Positions 1 to 12,886 of a stretch of DNA of 64,000 nucleotides are shown here, in pieces. The notes beneath the pieces are model-generated. The model worked only from the letters and a program-made list of their open reading frames with translations. It searched no databases and was not told the DNA's origin. The stretch lies in NCBI RefSeq assembly GCF_009834535.1, contig NC_045696.1, positions 109,246,001 through 109,310,000 of the forward strand. The letters are read 5' to 3'. The position numbers and the translations under genes were made by a program. This DNA is from Camelus ferus. Taxonomy: Eukaryota. How positions within the stretch are numbered: position 1 is the stretch's first letter; each line of letters begins with the position of its first letter.

Positions 1-66
1 CAACGTTGTAAACTGACTATACTTCAATAAAAATATGTCTTAAAAAATAAAAATAAATTTAAAAAG
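1..66 (+). mobile_element. 3' terminus and A-tail of a young (camelid-type) L1, cut by the window edge
   Basis: caacgttgtaaactgactatacttcaataaaaa matches the L1 3' ends at 26160-26215 and 11755-11790. Confidence 0.8.
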
Positions 67-1869
67 AGACAAGAGCAAGAGGCAGAAGTCACGCTGGACA
101 GGGAAGCACACAGCCCATGTGTCCCCCACATAGAGCCCAGGAGAGAAGGCAGCCCAGGACATGTGGCATGGGACCACTCTCTGGTGGGCCAGGGGTGTCC
201 TCTCAGTGTGTGTACCACCCAGGCCCACCTGGAGACCCCTTTGGAGGTCCCCACCATTTCCCAGCAGAGCCACCACCACTCTGGCCTGGCCCTGGCCCAG
301 ACAGCTGGAACCCAAACACTGCCACGTCCCCGCTGCGGGACCAGCAAGCACAGGCTCACGCCCAGCCCCGAGAGCCTCCCTCACACAGGCTGACTCAGGC
401 ACTCACTGCACTCACTCGGACATCGGCCCATAGGCCTGCTGGTGGGGCTTCTTCTTCGGGGCAGCAAGGGATTTTCCCAACCCTAATCAACCCATGGAGT
501 TTTAAAATAACAAAGACAGAGTCCAAGAGAGGAAATTCTAAGAATATGAAATAAGTCAGAAGAGCAGAGGTGGGTGCTTATTTTCCATCAAATGCCTGCC
601 TGATCCTTGGCCTCCAAAGGCTGGGGGAGGAGTCCGGATTCAGATGTCAGCACCGCAGAGCTAAAGGAAACCCATCTTCCTGTGTTTGCCAAGGAACAAT
701 ACTGGAGAGGCCATTCCAAGGCTTGCACCTTTCCTCTGCACAGAAGAATTTAGGTCCTGGTGCATTCCTGGGAGGGAGGCTGGGCAAGGAATTTCTAGAT
801 GTAAACATTCTTGTTTCATCACTCAGGGACATTCAGGATGCACTGGCTAGGATCCCAAGTGGTTTCCTGTCCTCAGATCCATACTGACCCATACCAGGTG
901 AGATCTAATAGCAGATTGGGGGCCTTGGCCCCACCCTACCGCCAGTCAGCTGTAGAGTGTGGTCTCATCGACATCCTCAGTGTCTACCTCCCAGTCCTGA
1001 GTTAGGGTCTGATCACTCCCTTTCTGGACCATTGCCCAAGTCCGGCCTTCCTGGCCCTGACCTTCCTATCGTCACCCACAGGCCATCTTCCCACAGTGCA
1101 CCTCCAGGTAAGGCCCTTCTCTGCTCCCAGTCCTCTGCACCCGCAGCACCCAGTGCCCCAGATGTATTCCAGGACCGTTATGATGGCCAACCACACCAGT
1201 TTCATCTCCTGCCTGCTCCCCTCCTCAGCCAGGGAGGGACAACAAAACAGGAAGTTCCCCCATGACCAGTGTCCATCCTAAGCCAAGCACCTCCCTAGGG
1301 ATGCAGAGCTGGACAGCTGCCCTTCTCAGAAGCAGAAACAGCTACCCTGAAGGGAAAGAGGAGTCAGTGAATCAGGCAGAGCATTGAAGACAAGCTAGTA
1401 TCTACTGAGCACCAACTGGACGTTGGGCACCACCCCCAATGTTTTATGGGTTTTGTCTCTCAGTCTCCACAATATTCCAAAGCATTCTGTGAAGTCCTGC
1501 CCCTCTTTACACTCCTCACAGTCCCAGTGACTGTCCCCCTGCAGAAGGGGGCCTCCATAAACCAACTAATATCATGGGGTCAAGGGAGGTGGAACCCTGA
1601 TCCTTTCTGTGACCCAGCTGGCAGTCTGGCAGGCGCCTTCGGGGAGGACAGGCTGAGGGTGGCCACTTGGATCACATGCTCTTCCTTCAGTCTCTGAACA
1701 CAGGTTCCCTCTATGTAGAACACTGTTCCCTCATCTTTTGGGCTAACTCCTACTGGCCTTTCAGGTCACTTGGCAGCTTCCCCCAGGAAGCCTTCCTAGA
1801 TCTCCACTCCAATCTGAGCTATTCCTTTGTGTTCCCCAACGTCCTTGGTTGCTTTGCTCTCTCTGGGTG

Positions 1870-2012
1870 TTTCAGCAACTGTCTCTAGAATCAGAATGTC
1901 AGCTCCTAAAGGACAGGGAATGCCTTGTTTTCACCTCTGTGCCCCCAGAATTTATTTAGCTCAGGGCCTTGCACAGAGCAGAGGTTCAATAAATATTTGT
2001 TGAATGAATTAA
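1870..2012 (+). mobile_element. L2 3' end fragment
   Basis: gcacagagcagaggttcaataaatatttgttgaatgaat is the typical L2 terminus. Confidence 0.7.
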
Positions 2013-2299
2013 ATGCTTACTCTTGGGCATTCAGTCCCTCCCTGGCTGGTCAAAGAGCACCTAATCCCAAACTGGATCATCTGCTTTTCCCTTCCTCTCT
2101 CCAGGCCTTGCCATCCACAGTATGCCTTAGAGATAGACAAATTTAGGGTCTGAACCCTGCTTCTTGAGGCTGGTGGCAGAAAGGGTTGACCCCATCTCTT
2201 TTTCCAGCTATAGGTCCGGCCTTCTCAGTGCCTGAGCAGACTACTTCGGGTTTCCCTCCTTTTCTAAACCACACATGGTCTCAAAGCACTGCTACCTGG

Positions 2300-2720
2300 G
2301 GGCTGGTTCTGAGTCCCCGCAGGACCCTGTCCTCCAGCCGCCCGACATGCTGCAGGCTCTGTGGAGCGGCAGAGAAGGGGCCTCCCGGCGCCGCTGCCAG
2401 GCGTTCTCCGACGGGAGGGGACCGAACTTGTACGTTCAGGGCGCGCAGTGAACACCCTGTGCACATTCCAGCGCCGGAATGCGGACAGGGGACGAGCCAA
2501 AGGCGCATTCCTCAGCCCGGGCCCCGCCCACCGGACGCGGGCCCCAGCTGGTGCGGGCGCCCCCTGGCGGCGCGGGCGGCCGGAGGCGGGACCCGGGCCC
2601 TCGCCCTCCAGCCTCGGCCGTCGGCTTGCCCTCCCCGCCTTCCTCCACTTCCACCCCGGTGCGCCCCGCCTCACCCAGCCCGCCCTTTGGATCCAAGGAT
2701 CCTCCATCCCCTTCCCCGGG
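2300..2720. promoter_or_regulatory. Orphan CpG island, putative enhancer or non-coding promoter
   Basis: Abrupt GC- and CpG-rich tract with GC boxes (gccccgccc, ggaggcggg, ccccgcc). No recognisable coding exon. Confidence 0.75.
2556..2571 (-). promoter_or_regulatory. CTCF motif
   Basis: Reverse complement GCCGCCAGGGGGCGCC matches the CTCF core consensus. Confidence 0.65.
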
Positions 2721-4635
2721 AAGCTTCCAGCTTCCAGACCCTGATTAGGACTCCAGAGAGCCTTTTGTTGCTTCCATCTCAGCAACCCTTCTCCAGAGTT
2801 GTTTTTGGTTTTTGTTATTTCCTGTCAATCAAATCAGTAAAAGCGAATGGCTCCCCAGAGCCATAACGAGAAATCCTATCTTAAGGAGGGCTTCCTCTCC
2901 AGCCTTCCCATCCTGTACCCAGGGAGCCAGCCTTGACCCTCCTCTGGTGAGTGCCTCTGCGGGAATCTCTCCTCCTTGCGTGTCATCTCCTCCCAACAGG
3001 AGCCAGCAGGACCCAAGAGCTGGATAAATGAGCTGCAGGCCTCACTCTGGCCCAGTGCCCCCACGGTGACTTCCCGCTGCTCCATTGAGGGTTTAGGAGA
3101 ACGAAGTGCAGCCCGTCCCTAGGCCCTGTGGCCCTAGGTTGAAAACTGTGAGATGAGCCAAGCAGATCTGTAGGTCTGCACATTCGCTCCCATGGGGAAA
3201 AGCACCGCAGTCTCATAGCAGGGATCCCTGCTACTGATGGGAGTTGAGGCCCCAAGGAAGTTGAAAGTCACTGGCTGAGGATTTCCACGATGGCGTAGAG
3301 ACCACTCCATCACATGCATACACACAACTACACCGGTATCAAAACACCACTAAAACAAGTAAGGAAAAAAATACTTCTCTGCAGCACCAGGGCGGGGCTA
3401 TACCAGTTTACATCACTTTCACCCTCCAAGAACTTGAAGGAGAGCAGTGTATACTGTTTATTTACTCCTGCACGAGGGGGCAGGTCACTTGTCTCCCCCA
3501 GATACCTGGTCACTGTGAGTGGTGGACAGTGCTGGGAAGGCCTGCGCTCTCACCCACTTTCTCAGATTGTAGTCCAGTATCTTTCCTGGTGGGAGAGAAG
3601 CTGCAGCCTAGCACTGTTTGCATGTGGAAGTGTGCATGTTTATCAGCCAAAGCCAGTTAGGCACTCACCCTGTGGTTAAAATGACACCTGGGCAGCCACT
3701 AATGAAGCCATGCATGCCTGGACCTTGCAATCCTCACCATCAGGGAGGGTTGTGAATGTTGCCAGGAAAGATGGGGAAGCAGAAGCCAAGCTTTCATTGG
3801 CCAGCACCTGGGCTGCAGGAGAGGGTGCGGCAGCAGGGGGCTGGATCAGTTGTCCGCCTTGAGAGCTGGCTTACCTTGCTTGGTTGGTTTCTCAGCCTCT
3901 AAGAGGAGGAAGAGACTCCTGGTTCTTTCCTACTTGGCAGAGAGGTAGGCCCAGAGTGACAAGTAGCAAGTGGCTCTGTTGTCCTGGTTTGAGATGGCAG
4001 CTGGCTCTGGGTCTGCCTCTTCCTCATGACATGGAAAATGGACGTTCTAGACCTTTCACATCGCCCTGGCCATTCTTGGATGGCAGTGCCAGGGCTCTAT
4101 CTCAGTGGGGTGGGAGGGTGCTTGGGGTGATCATGAAAGATGCAAGAGAAGCCCCAGTGAGGAGTCTCTCTGCTTTAGAAACATTTACTGAACCAGGCCC
4201 TACCCTAGAGATACTCCTTGTCCGCCAGGGGAGGCAGACACCCAACCTGGCCAGTGCAATGCGGTGTGATGAGTGACCAGGTAGACCCAGAGTGCAGCCG
4301 GACGGCTGAGGGGGGTGTCGGGCCAGTGAGGGCGTGGAGCCTGCGCAGGACGGGCCTCCTGGGAGGGGCTGTTCTCCAGTGAAATCCTGAAAGAGCTGGT
4401 GGGGGGAGGCGGTGGGAGGGGAGGCTGGCAGGGCGGAGGCAGAAAAAAGTCTGCGGAAAGAGGGAGCTCTCATTCTTGCCTCTACTCTTGAGTCCCCTTT
4501 AGTCCTCTGAGGCCAACATCCAATATTCTAATTTTTTGCCAAAGAATCTCAATGGATTTTGCTGGTCATGTGGTTAGACTGGCCAGCGTTTTATCCCTGA
4601 GTTGTGAGGTCACTTTCTAGAGATGAGTAGGACTA

Positions 4636-4814
4636 GGGGGAGGGTATAGCTCAAGTGGTAGCGCACATGCTTAGCATGCACGAGGTCCTGAGTTCCATCC
4701 CCAATACCTCCTCTGAAAATAAATAAACCTCATTACCTCCCCTCCCCACCCCGCCCAAATAAAATAATTAAATAATACAATAATAAATGAATACAATTTT
4801 AAAAAAATAAACAA
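4636..4814 (+). mobile_element. Vic-1-type tRNA-derived SINE (camelid)
   Basis: ggggagggtatagctcaagtggta...gttccatcccc (A/B boxes), A-rich tail, TSD agatgagtaggact (4621-4634) / agatgagtgggact (4815-4828). Confidence 0.9.
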
Positions 4815-5581
4815 AGATGAGTGGGACTGAAATTCCCACTGGACCCAGGTAGGGGTATGATTTCAGCTATGAATTTGCCCCAGAAATTCAGCCCCTTCCC
4901 ATGGAGTTACTTCAAGCCAGGATGCCCTTCACTGATGTGTGGAGGGTCATCTCACTGTCCACAACCCTCCGTGAGTCTGGTCTGTGGGCAGAACTGGGCA
5001 GGGAGGGCCAGCCCCCATCTGCTGGTAACTTGCCCGATCACTTTAGGCGAATGGCTAACCCCCTCTGAGCCTCACTCCAGGACTGCTCTTTGGACTGCGC
5101 TTTAACAACACCTGATACCGACGACTGTGCCCCTGTCCTCCGTGAGTCCACTTAGAATGTAACTGTCCCTGTGTCAAGATTTGGACAAATCCCTCGAGTT
5201 TTTTGTTTGTTTTTTAATCTTCTGCCCCTGAAAGGAAGCACATAGGGACTGGGGCTGAGAGGGAGGCCCTTCCGTTGTGCAGGGTGGGAAAATGTGCAGT
5301 AAACCAGGACAGATCCTCGGGAGTCCCATAAAGTAGACGTACTCCCAGGAGCACGAAAGAGGGCCACGCACAGAAGGGCCACGCCTTCCCTTCCTCCTCC
5401 TCTTATTCCCCCTCCTTCTGTGACAGGAATTGGGCATTCATGAAGCAGACCAAAAACAAACAAAATCCACCCAATTTGAAATGCCTCATCCAGAATCTGA
5501 ACCAAATCTCAAAGGGTTATAGTTCCAATGTCTGGGCGATGAGCAATGTCAGCAACAATGTTCACAAAACCCAGTGCTTAG

Positions 5582-6101
5582 TTATTTACAAGAGCCAAGA
5601 CGTGGAAACAACCTAAATGTCCATCAACAGATGACTGGATAAAGATATGCTACTCTGCCATAAAAAAGAATAAAATAATGCCATTTGCAGCCACATGGAG
5701 GGACCTGGAGATCATCATTCTAAATGAAGTAAGCCAGATAGAAAAACATCATATGACATCACTTATACATGGAATTTTTTTTTAAAAGACACAAATGAAC
5801 TTTACAAAAAAGAAGCAGAATCACGGACATAAAGAACAGACTTATGGTTACCAGTGGGTAAAGGGGGTGGGAAGGGATAAATTGGGAGTTTGAAATTTGC
5901 ACCTCTTGGGGAGTGATGGAGATGTTAGCTATCTTGATTGTGGTGGTGGTTTCATAGGTGCATACATCTATCAAAATTCATCAAAGTGTACATCTGAAAT
6001 ATATGTAGTTTACTATACAGAAATCATTACCACAATAAAGGTGTTTAAAAAATAAAATAAAAATACTTCCCTGAAATTGCCCCCCCGAAAAAAACCCAAA
6101 C
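5582..6101 (+). mobile_element. Chimeric L1 3' retrocopy (young L1 3' region joined to an old L1M tail)
   Basis: agccaagacgtggaaacaacctaaatgtccatcaacagatg...; TSD cccagtgcttag at 5570-5581 and 6102-6113. Confidence 0.8.
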
Positions 6102-6759
6102 CCCAGTGCTTAGGCCCTGGGCCCACAGCAGATTCAAAGAGCTGTCAGGACAGGAATGCTGGACTGCTGGCAGCAGCACACACCGTGATCTCCAAGTCTT
6201 TTGATCTGGGCTTCAGTCTCCAAACGTGTTTTTGCTTGCATCTCTGATACAGCACACAGGTGTGCTCCTGTCCCCAGGACTAATGATATCAAGACGCAGC
6301 TACATTTGGTATTATAGCAAAGCTCATGACAAATGATAACAGACAGACTTTCAAATGGTTTTGACGGGTTTGAATTTGGGAGACTGATGTCAGATCTGAA
6401 CAGACTGTCTTTTTTTTTTTTTTTTTTTGTCATAAGCAGCCAAGTGCTCCTATGAGGAGTGAGGTGACAGATCAGTCATTTCTCTTTCTCTGGGTCACAA
6501 TTCTCACAGGGCAGAAGAATTCCACGTTCAGACTTCTCCTTTGGCATCTGCAATGGCCAACCTCTCATGCTTCCTTTCATGTGGGTGGGGTGCAGGAAAG
6601 CTGAAGGCTGTGCTGAGGGCTGTGGTAAAGTGGGGAAGGCACCCTTGAATTTGGGGGACTCGCTTGGGTTCACAAGTCCAAGTTCAGACTGTGTTCTGTG
6701 GAGGACAAGCTCTGTCTCTGGGGGTCAGCTGCCAAGTTCCTGACCCGAGCATGGGGAAA

Positions 6760-6777
6760 TAGCGGCCCCTGGTGGCT
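6760..6777 (-). promoter_or_regulatory. CTCF-like motif
   Basis: Reverse complement AGCCACCAGGGGCCGCTA, one mismatch to CCACCAGGGGGCGCTA. Confidence 0.5.
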
Positions 6778-7239
6778 GAGACACAGCATGTCTCAGAACC
6801 CCACATCCTGCTGGAACATTTGCTGAACCCTGGCTTTGGTGTCCAAGTGTCGTGGCGTGGTGAAGTGCACAGATATGGGTAGGAAAGACCTAGGTTCCTA
6901 TCTGGGATCATCTGTGTGATCCCAAGCAGATTAACTTCTCTGAGTCTTAGAGTTGTCGCTAGGAGTAAATGAGATGCAGAATGAAAAGTAGTGAACAATG
7001 CCGAGCGCGTAGCAAGAACTGCGCTGTGATGGTCGTGATGACTGATGTGGATGCCTCTAGACATCTAAAAGCACCTGGAAAACATCTCTAGGCATAGCCC
7101 TGGAGGGAGAGTGGGAAAGAGGTCCTAAGCAGGAACTCTTGTGTTTCTGTGCTGAGACACAGATGAGCAGCAAATGTGTCCTGAACAGGGGTGGTAAGTG
7201 TCCGCTTGTGCATGTGTGCACGCACATGCATGTGCATAG

Positions 7240-7241
<2 letters not shown>

Positions 7242-7275
<34 letters not shown>
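7242..7275. repeat. (TG)n microsatellite
   Basis: Direct reading. Confidence 0.95.
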
Positions 7276-7277
<2 letters not shown>

Positions 7278-9655
7278 AGCACAGTCCCAGCAGAAAGGCA
7301 GAGAGCTCTGGAAGATGCTCAGTGCACCTCTCAGAGGGGAGCAGTGCTGACAAAGGGAAAGCCATTCCTGTTCCTTTAATCATACTGCAGAGCTCAACTC
7401 TGAGAGAGGATGGGAGTTATTGAGTCACACAACAATCACTTACTGGTCACCTGCTATGTGCTGGGCAAGATTAGCAAAATGGAACAAACACCTATCACAA
7501 GGCACTTTCAAACAGAGATCAGGGCTAAACAACAGAGCTGGTCCTGACCCAGTGGAGATGGCGGGGGGTACAGCTTAGATGGGTGGTCTGGGGACTAACA
7601 ATTGTATTCCCTGCAGCCACCAGGATGGAATCCTGGGACGTGCACAAAGCCAGGCCCAGGCAGAGTAAGAATTCCTTTGCTCAGGTGGCCTGCCAGGAGT
7701 GCATCACCACCCGGCTCTTTGGAGAGTTCCGGGGGCCATGCAGTCCAGACAAAGCCAGGAAAAAGTCTGAGGTACAGTCTCTCAATACCCACTACCCCAT
7801 CTCAGGGGCTTCATTCAACTAAAATTTGATTCTGTTAAAAACTAGCAACTTGAGAGCTCCCCAGCTTTCACCTCACCACCTGCAGAAGGGTTTACTGATG
7901 GAGGGGCTGGTGTCCCAAAAGAGGTTTGCAAGGTCTGCCAAGCCCTGATGGGCCCTTCTGGATCTCTCGGTCCTTCCACAACTCATGACATTAAATTATA
8001 TCAAAATACATAGTGCTGTTCTCCCCATCCTGTCCCTAAGTCACAAACCTCTGACTTGCGTGGGATCTATCCAGCAGCCTTGAGAGGCAGCCTAAGCTCA
8101 TATTATTTCTTCAACACCTGCTAGATGCTGGGCAGGGTTAACAAAAGCAAGGGTCTGGAAGGAAGGATGCTGAGATCCGGAAGGGGTTCCTGCCCAAGGG
8201 GAAGTTTCCCCTCCTCTTAAATTGGACTCTCTCTGCCACTCATCTCACCCCATTGGCCAGGCTGGAGACCTTGAGGGCTTGCCTTTGGTCTGCTTCTGCC
8301 TCCAACAAGCAGACTCACCACATACCCCCCCACCCAGCACGCCATTCAAGATCAACGCTAACATGTCAGTGCCAATTTGAATAGTGACACTGCTACAGGT
8401 TGATAACCTCCTGCAAAGGTCCAATACAGCTGATCAGCTTGTCAATGGGCTGAGGTGGGGCATGGGCTGGGAAACACCCACCATCAGAAAGACTTTCTGT
8501 AGAGACATTCTGAGCTTAGACACTGGACTCCTGAAGCAGGTTCTGGGGCCGCTGAGGATCTGTCTTCCCCTTTCCAGGCCCCGGCCTCTCCTGCCTCCTG
8601 TCTCTCCCTGACACTCTGATCCTGTCTTTCTTGGCTCTGTCCTCAAACCTCAAGAAGCAGAGAAACAAAGGAAGGAAGGCTCTTCCACACTCACAAGTCT
8701 TTTCCAATTCCTTTTGGAGAGTTTAGAGGCTTTAGTTAAAGGTACATGTAAAACTAAAGCAAAAACAAATTTTTTTAAAAGGTAATTATTCACTCCAGGG
8801 GAAAAAACAAAGGAAACGTAACCATAATAAACTCTTTAACTTGGCCATGAACTACACTCACATATTTACCTTCAAAAGTAACTAATACTTTAACAAAAAG
8901 CTGGGGCATAACTACTGGAACAGGATGGAGACTAGCAGTGGGGGGCGTGGAGGGGGGGTTAGCGCAAATCTTCATCTCCCGGAACAGGAAGTCCAAAGGT
9001 GACATCTGGAGTTGAGAAATACAGACGTACATATCAGAAAAATAAAGCTTAAAAGTGCAGGACGGTGGTATCGACAAACTGGATTAGCAGTATTTCTATT
9101 TCTACATTTTTTTTAAAAGCAAGATGAATATTGGAGAGATAATGTTGAAAAATATTTTCTTTAAGGGAGAATGAAAAGACCAACAGTTGGAAAATGTGAG
9201 ATAAAAATAAAATGACTATATATATCTGAATCACTTTGCTGTACACCTGAAACTAATGGGACATTGTAAATCAACTGTGCATCAATAAAATTAATAAAAG
9301 TAAACAGAATTACACAAGGACAAACGTAGATGTCTGGATGCAGGGAAAAGGCAGAGAACACAGAGGTGAGGAGACAACTGGAGACAGAAACAAAGGACTT
9401 TTTCCTGAGGCAAAGAAAGACAGGTCATCTAAAAAAAAAAGATCCACTGAGGCCAAGAACATAAACGAGGAGTCAGGAAAAGAAAATTCAGACAGCCAAT
9501 AAACACAGGAAACAATAAAGCTGTAAGTTCTGCTAAAGAAACACACATGAAAGCACCAATGTTTTTGCCTATCCAGATTGGCGTTACTTAGAAACCTTGA
9601 AAATAACTACTTTAATAAGTTAGTGGGGAATGAAACACTCTGATTACCTATTATT

Positions 9656-9825
9656 TTTTTAAACATACCTTTTCTAATTTTTTTAGATTTGTATTGATTT
9701 TACTTTTGGAGGGGAGAGGTAATTAGGTTTTTTAATTTATTTATCTTTAATGGAGGTACCAGTGATTGAATCCAGGACCTTGTGCATGTTAAGTATGCAG
9801 TCTACCACTGAGCTACACCCTCCCC
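9656..9825 (-). mobile_element. Vic-1-type SINE
   Basis: ...gattgaatccaggaccttgtgcatgttaag...ctaccactgagctacaccctcccc, degenerate TSD tgattacctattatt/tgataacttattatt. Confidence 0.85.
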
Positions 9826-10061
9826 TGATAACTTATTATTAAGAATGAAATGTGCAAACTTTTGCAGGGCATACTGGCAAAATATGATCAAAATATAAAG
9901 TGTCCTAACTCATTAATCTAGCAATATTAGGAATTTATCCTTTGCATATAGTCATTAAAATATGTCAGGATATCTATAATCTTTCAGAGATGTTTACTGC
10001 AGTATTGTTTGTAGAGACCTAAAACTTGAAATGATCTAAATGTCCATAAGCAAGGTACTGG

Positions 10062-10519
10062 TGTTACCAAACACAAGTGCACGTGTCCAATGCACAGTGA
10101 GGTCAAACATACTGAAACGTCAGAGTTTGGAGCAGAGAAACGTTTATTGCAGAGCCAAGCAAGGAAGACACGTATCCCAAGCCCAAAAAAACCCTTGAGC
10201 TCCCTGAAGCGTTTCAGCAAAGCATTTTTAAAGGCCAGGTGAGGGAGGGATGGTTGCAGGGTATGTGGTCAGCTTGTGCACAATTCTCTGATTGGTTGAT
10301 GTTGAGGTAACATAACTCCTTAGAGGCCAGCAGGTCTGGGGACTATATGGTCATCAAGTGGTTAATTTCTTCCATTTGGTGGTGGTTTTAGCATCTGAAA
10401 AACTCAAGAAATATGCATGAGATACTATAATCTAGGTAGTTCAGAAAGGAGCTACAGCAGAGGATATGGGAGGGGGGGGTCTGTCCCAGGAAGGCCCCGT
10501 AGAGTCCTGCTTCGTTACA
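10062..10519 (-). mobile_element. ERV1-class solo LTR (A)
   Basis: TG...CA termini (tgttacc...gttaca), 4-bp TSD CTGG at 10058-10061 and 10520-10523, tttatt (AATAAA on the minus strand). Confidence 0.85.
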
Positions 10520-10526
10520 CTGGTTA

Positions 10527-10988
10527 TGTTACCAAGTCCAAGCTCAACAGACAGGCCAGTGCATTGAGATACCAGGTGTTGGAGCAAGGAATAGCAACTT
10601 TACTTGGAAAGCCAGCAGAGCGAGAAGATGGTAGACTAGCCTTCCCCAAGTTAGAATTCAAGCTTCTTTTATACTAAACGGGGAGGCGGGGTAATGGTTG
10701 TTGCAAACCTCTTGGTGTCAGAGTCCTTTTTTCTTGCAGCTGTCCACATAGGTCAGGTCATGATGTTCCTGTAAACCTCCAAGACAAATGTTATCCTCTG
10801 TTCTACAACTTTTTATCTATGAATGGAAAAGTGTTATATCTTCAAAGGTCAGAGCCTTGAGAATGGGCTGTCTGTGTACTTGAGGCTATAGGCAACATTC
10901 TTAATTTGTAGTAAAAGCAATAGAATATAAAGGTTAAGGTAAAAGAAGCAGATCCAATATGGAGTCGGATTTGTTCCTCCCTACTACA
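10527..10988 (-). mobile_element. ERV1-class solo LTR (B), a different family from A
   Basis: TG...CA termini (tgttacc...ctactaca), 4-bp TSD GTTA at 10523-10526 and 10989-10992. Internal sequence does not align with LTR A. Confidence 0.8.
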
Positions 10989-11249
10989 GTTAGATCCCTG
11001 ATGGAGTGGAGTGAGGGAAAGCTGACTGTGCGAACTCTGTGTGGTGTGTACGTTTAAAACGTGAATTCTGTTTGCCAGTAGAAACATCTTTCCCCTAAAG
11101 GATGGATACCCAATGAACCAATGAAGAAGTGGGGAGGGACTGCAGGTGAGGTCTGAGGAGAGCTGTACATTTTGTTTTTATACAGTACAGAACTGTTCCC
11201 CTCTTTGCATGATATTGTGTTGTTTTATGCTTTAAAAATGGCAACTGGA

Positions 11250-11788
11250 TAGCCAAGACGTGGAAACAACCTAAACGTCCATTGACAGATGGCTGGATAA
11301 AGAAGCTGTGGTATATTTATACAATGGAATACAACTCAGTCATAAAAAAAAGAATAAAATAATGTCACTTGCTGCAACATGGATGGACCTGGAGATGATC
11401 ATTCTTAGTGAAGTAAGGCAGAAAGAGAAAGAAAAATACCATATGATAACACTTATACATGGAATCTAAAAAAGGAAAAAAGAAAACACTAATGAACTCA
11501 TCTACAAAACAGAAGTGGACTCACAGACATAGGAAACAAACTTATGGTTATGGGGGGAAGTGGGTGGGAAGGGGTAAATTGGGAGTTCAAGATTTGCAGA
11601 TACTGACTAATATATATGAAATAAGCAAGTTTCTTCTGTATAGAACAGGGAACTATATTCAATATCTTATAATAACCTAGAATGAAAAATAATAAGAAAA
11701 GGAATATATGTATATATATGTATGACTGAAACATTATGTTGTATACCAGAAATTGACACATTATAAACTGATTATATTTCAATTTTTT
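11250..11788 (+). mobile_element. 5'-truncated young L1 (ORF2 end and 3'UTR)
   Basis: L1 3' sequence; TSD aaaaatggcaactgga (11234-11249) / aaaaatgttaactgga (11789-11804). Confidence 0.9.
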
Positions 11789-12702
11789 AAAAATGTTAAC
11801 TGGAATTATCTCTGTGGCACTATTGTTGCCATCTTTGTTTTCCTCATAATACATTTTGGTATTAAACCAAATAAATGTCTTGTTTTGGTTTTGTGTTTTT
11901 TTTAAGTATCCATCTGAGGGCCAAAGAGGATGACCAAAGAAACACCATGTTTAAATGCAGTTGGGTAAATTCCAGCAAAATCATGTAAACTTCCAGAAAG
12001 CAAAAAAATAGGTTACATATGAAGAAACAAGATTCAGCCTGACTTCAGATTTTGCATCCAATTTTGAAGGAGAATTACCTTGAATCTGGAATGCTGTAGC
12101 CAGCCATTTTACCCCCTCAAATGAAGACAAAACAAGGACATTTTTCTGAAATTCAGGGAGTCAGAAAATTTAACATTCATGCATTGCCTATGAAGATGTG
12201 ACACTAAAGTAAAACAATTCAAAAAACAGTAAGTGAGATTTCTTAAAAAATAGAAGCTGAATGTTAGAAATATAAACATAGAGAAAAATGGACTTGGAGG
12301 CCTGGAACATTCTCCTTTGGCCCACAGATGTTTAGTAATTGAAGGTTGTTTTTTTTTCTTGAGAGTTCTGGTCATATGACTTGATTCTGCAGCAAATAAT
12401 ATTTACACAATTGTAACATTGGAATCACATGTTATAATAATATTATTTTTGTGGGGTTTAATATATTAGACTCAATCTGTAGACAAAACATGTATTGAAA
12501 TGAACAAAACAGAATGTAAACACAAAAAACCTTGACATGGTAAAAGGGAAATTTTACTTTGCCGAAAGCCAGGGAACTAAATTCTCGAAATTCCTTTAGC
12601 TGCAATTAGTATATCAAAGCCAGGCCTGGCTGATTAGAGTCTAGGGTTCTATTAAACACAAAATTGGTGGAAGAGCCCAGACGAGATGTAAAGGAAGTGG
12701 CT

Positions 12703-12886
12703 CCAGTGCTGTACTGGACGCGTCTCTGATGGCTCCTTAGAGATGATTATCTTCATCTCCTCCTAACTCTAGTTCGAAATCAGCCACAGGGTGGATATTT
12801 ACACCACAGATATGAGCAAACTCTACACGTAAGGGCTTTTTTTCCCTCCCAGAGAGCCTGTTGTTAAATCTTTATGAGCATACCTG
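12703..12886 (-). mobile_element. MER63-like hAT-Blackjack DNA transposon remnant
   Basis: ccagtgctgtactgga...atttacaccacaga...agagcctgttgttaaa resembles the MER63A consensus. Confidence 0.6.

Noticed and set aside
2186..2866. Overlapping 130-226 aa ORFs in the upstream CpG island
   Set aside because: Open in several frames on both strands, low complexity, no homology I can recognise.
4636..4712. tRNA gene (and similar A/B-box sequences elsewhere)
   Set aside because: These are SINE heads with A-rich tails and TSDs, not intact tRNA cloverleaves.
10062..10988. Single provirus with paired LTRs
   Set aside because: The LTRs differ internally, have separate TSDs, and there is no PBS or internal region between them.
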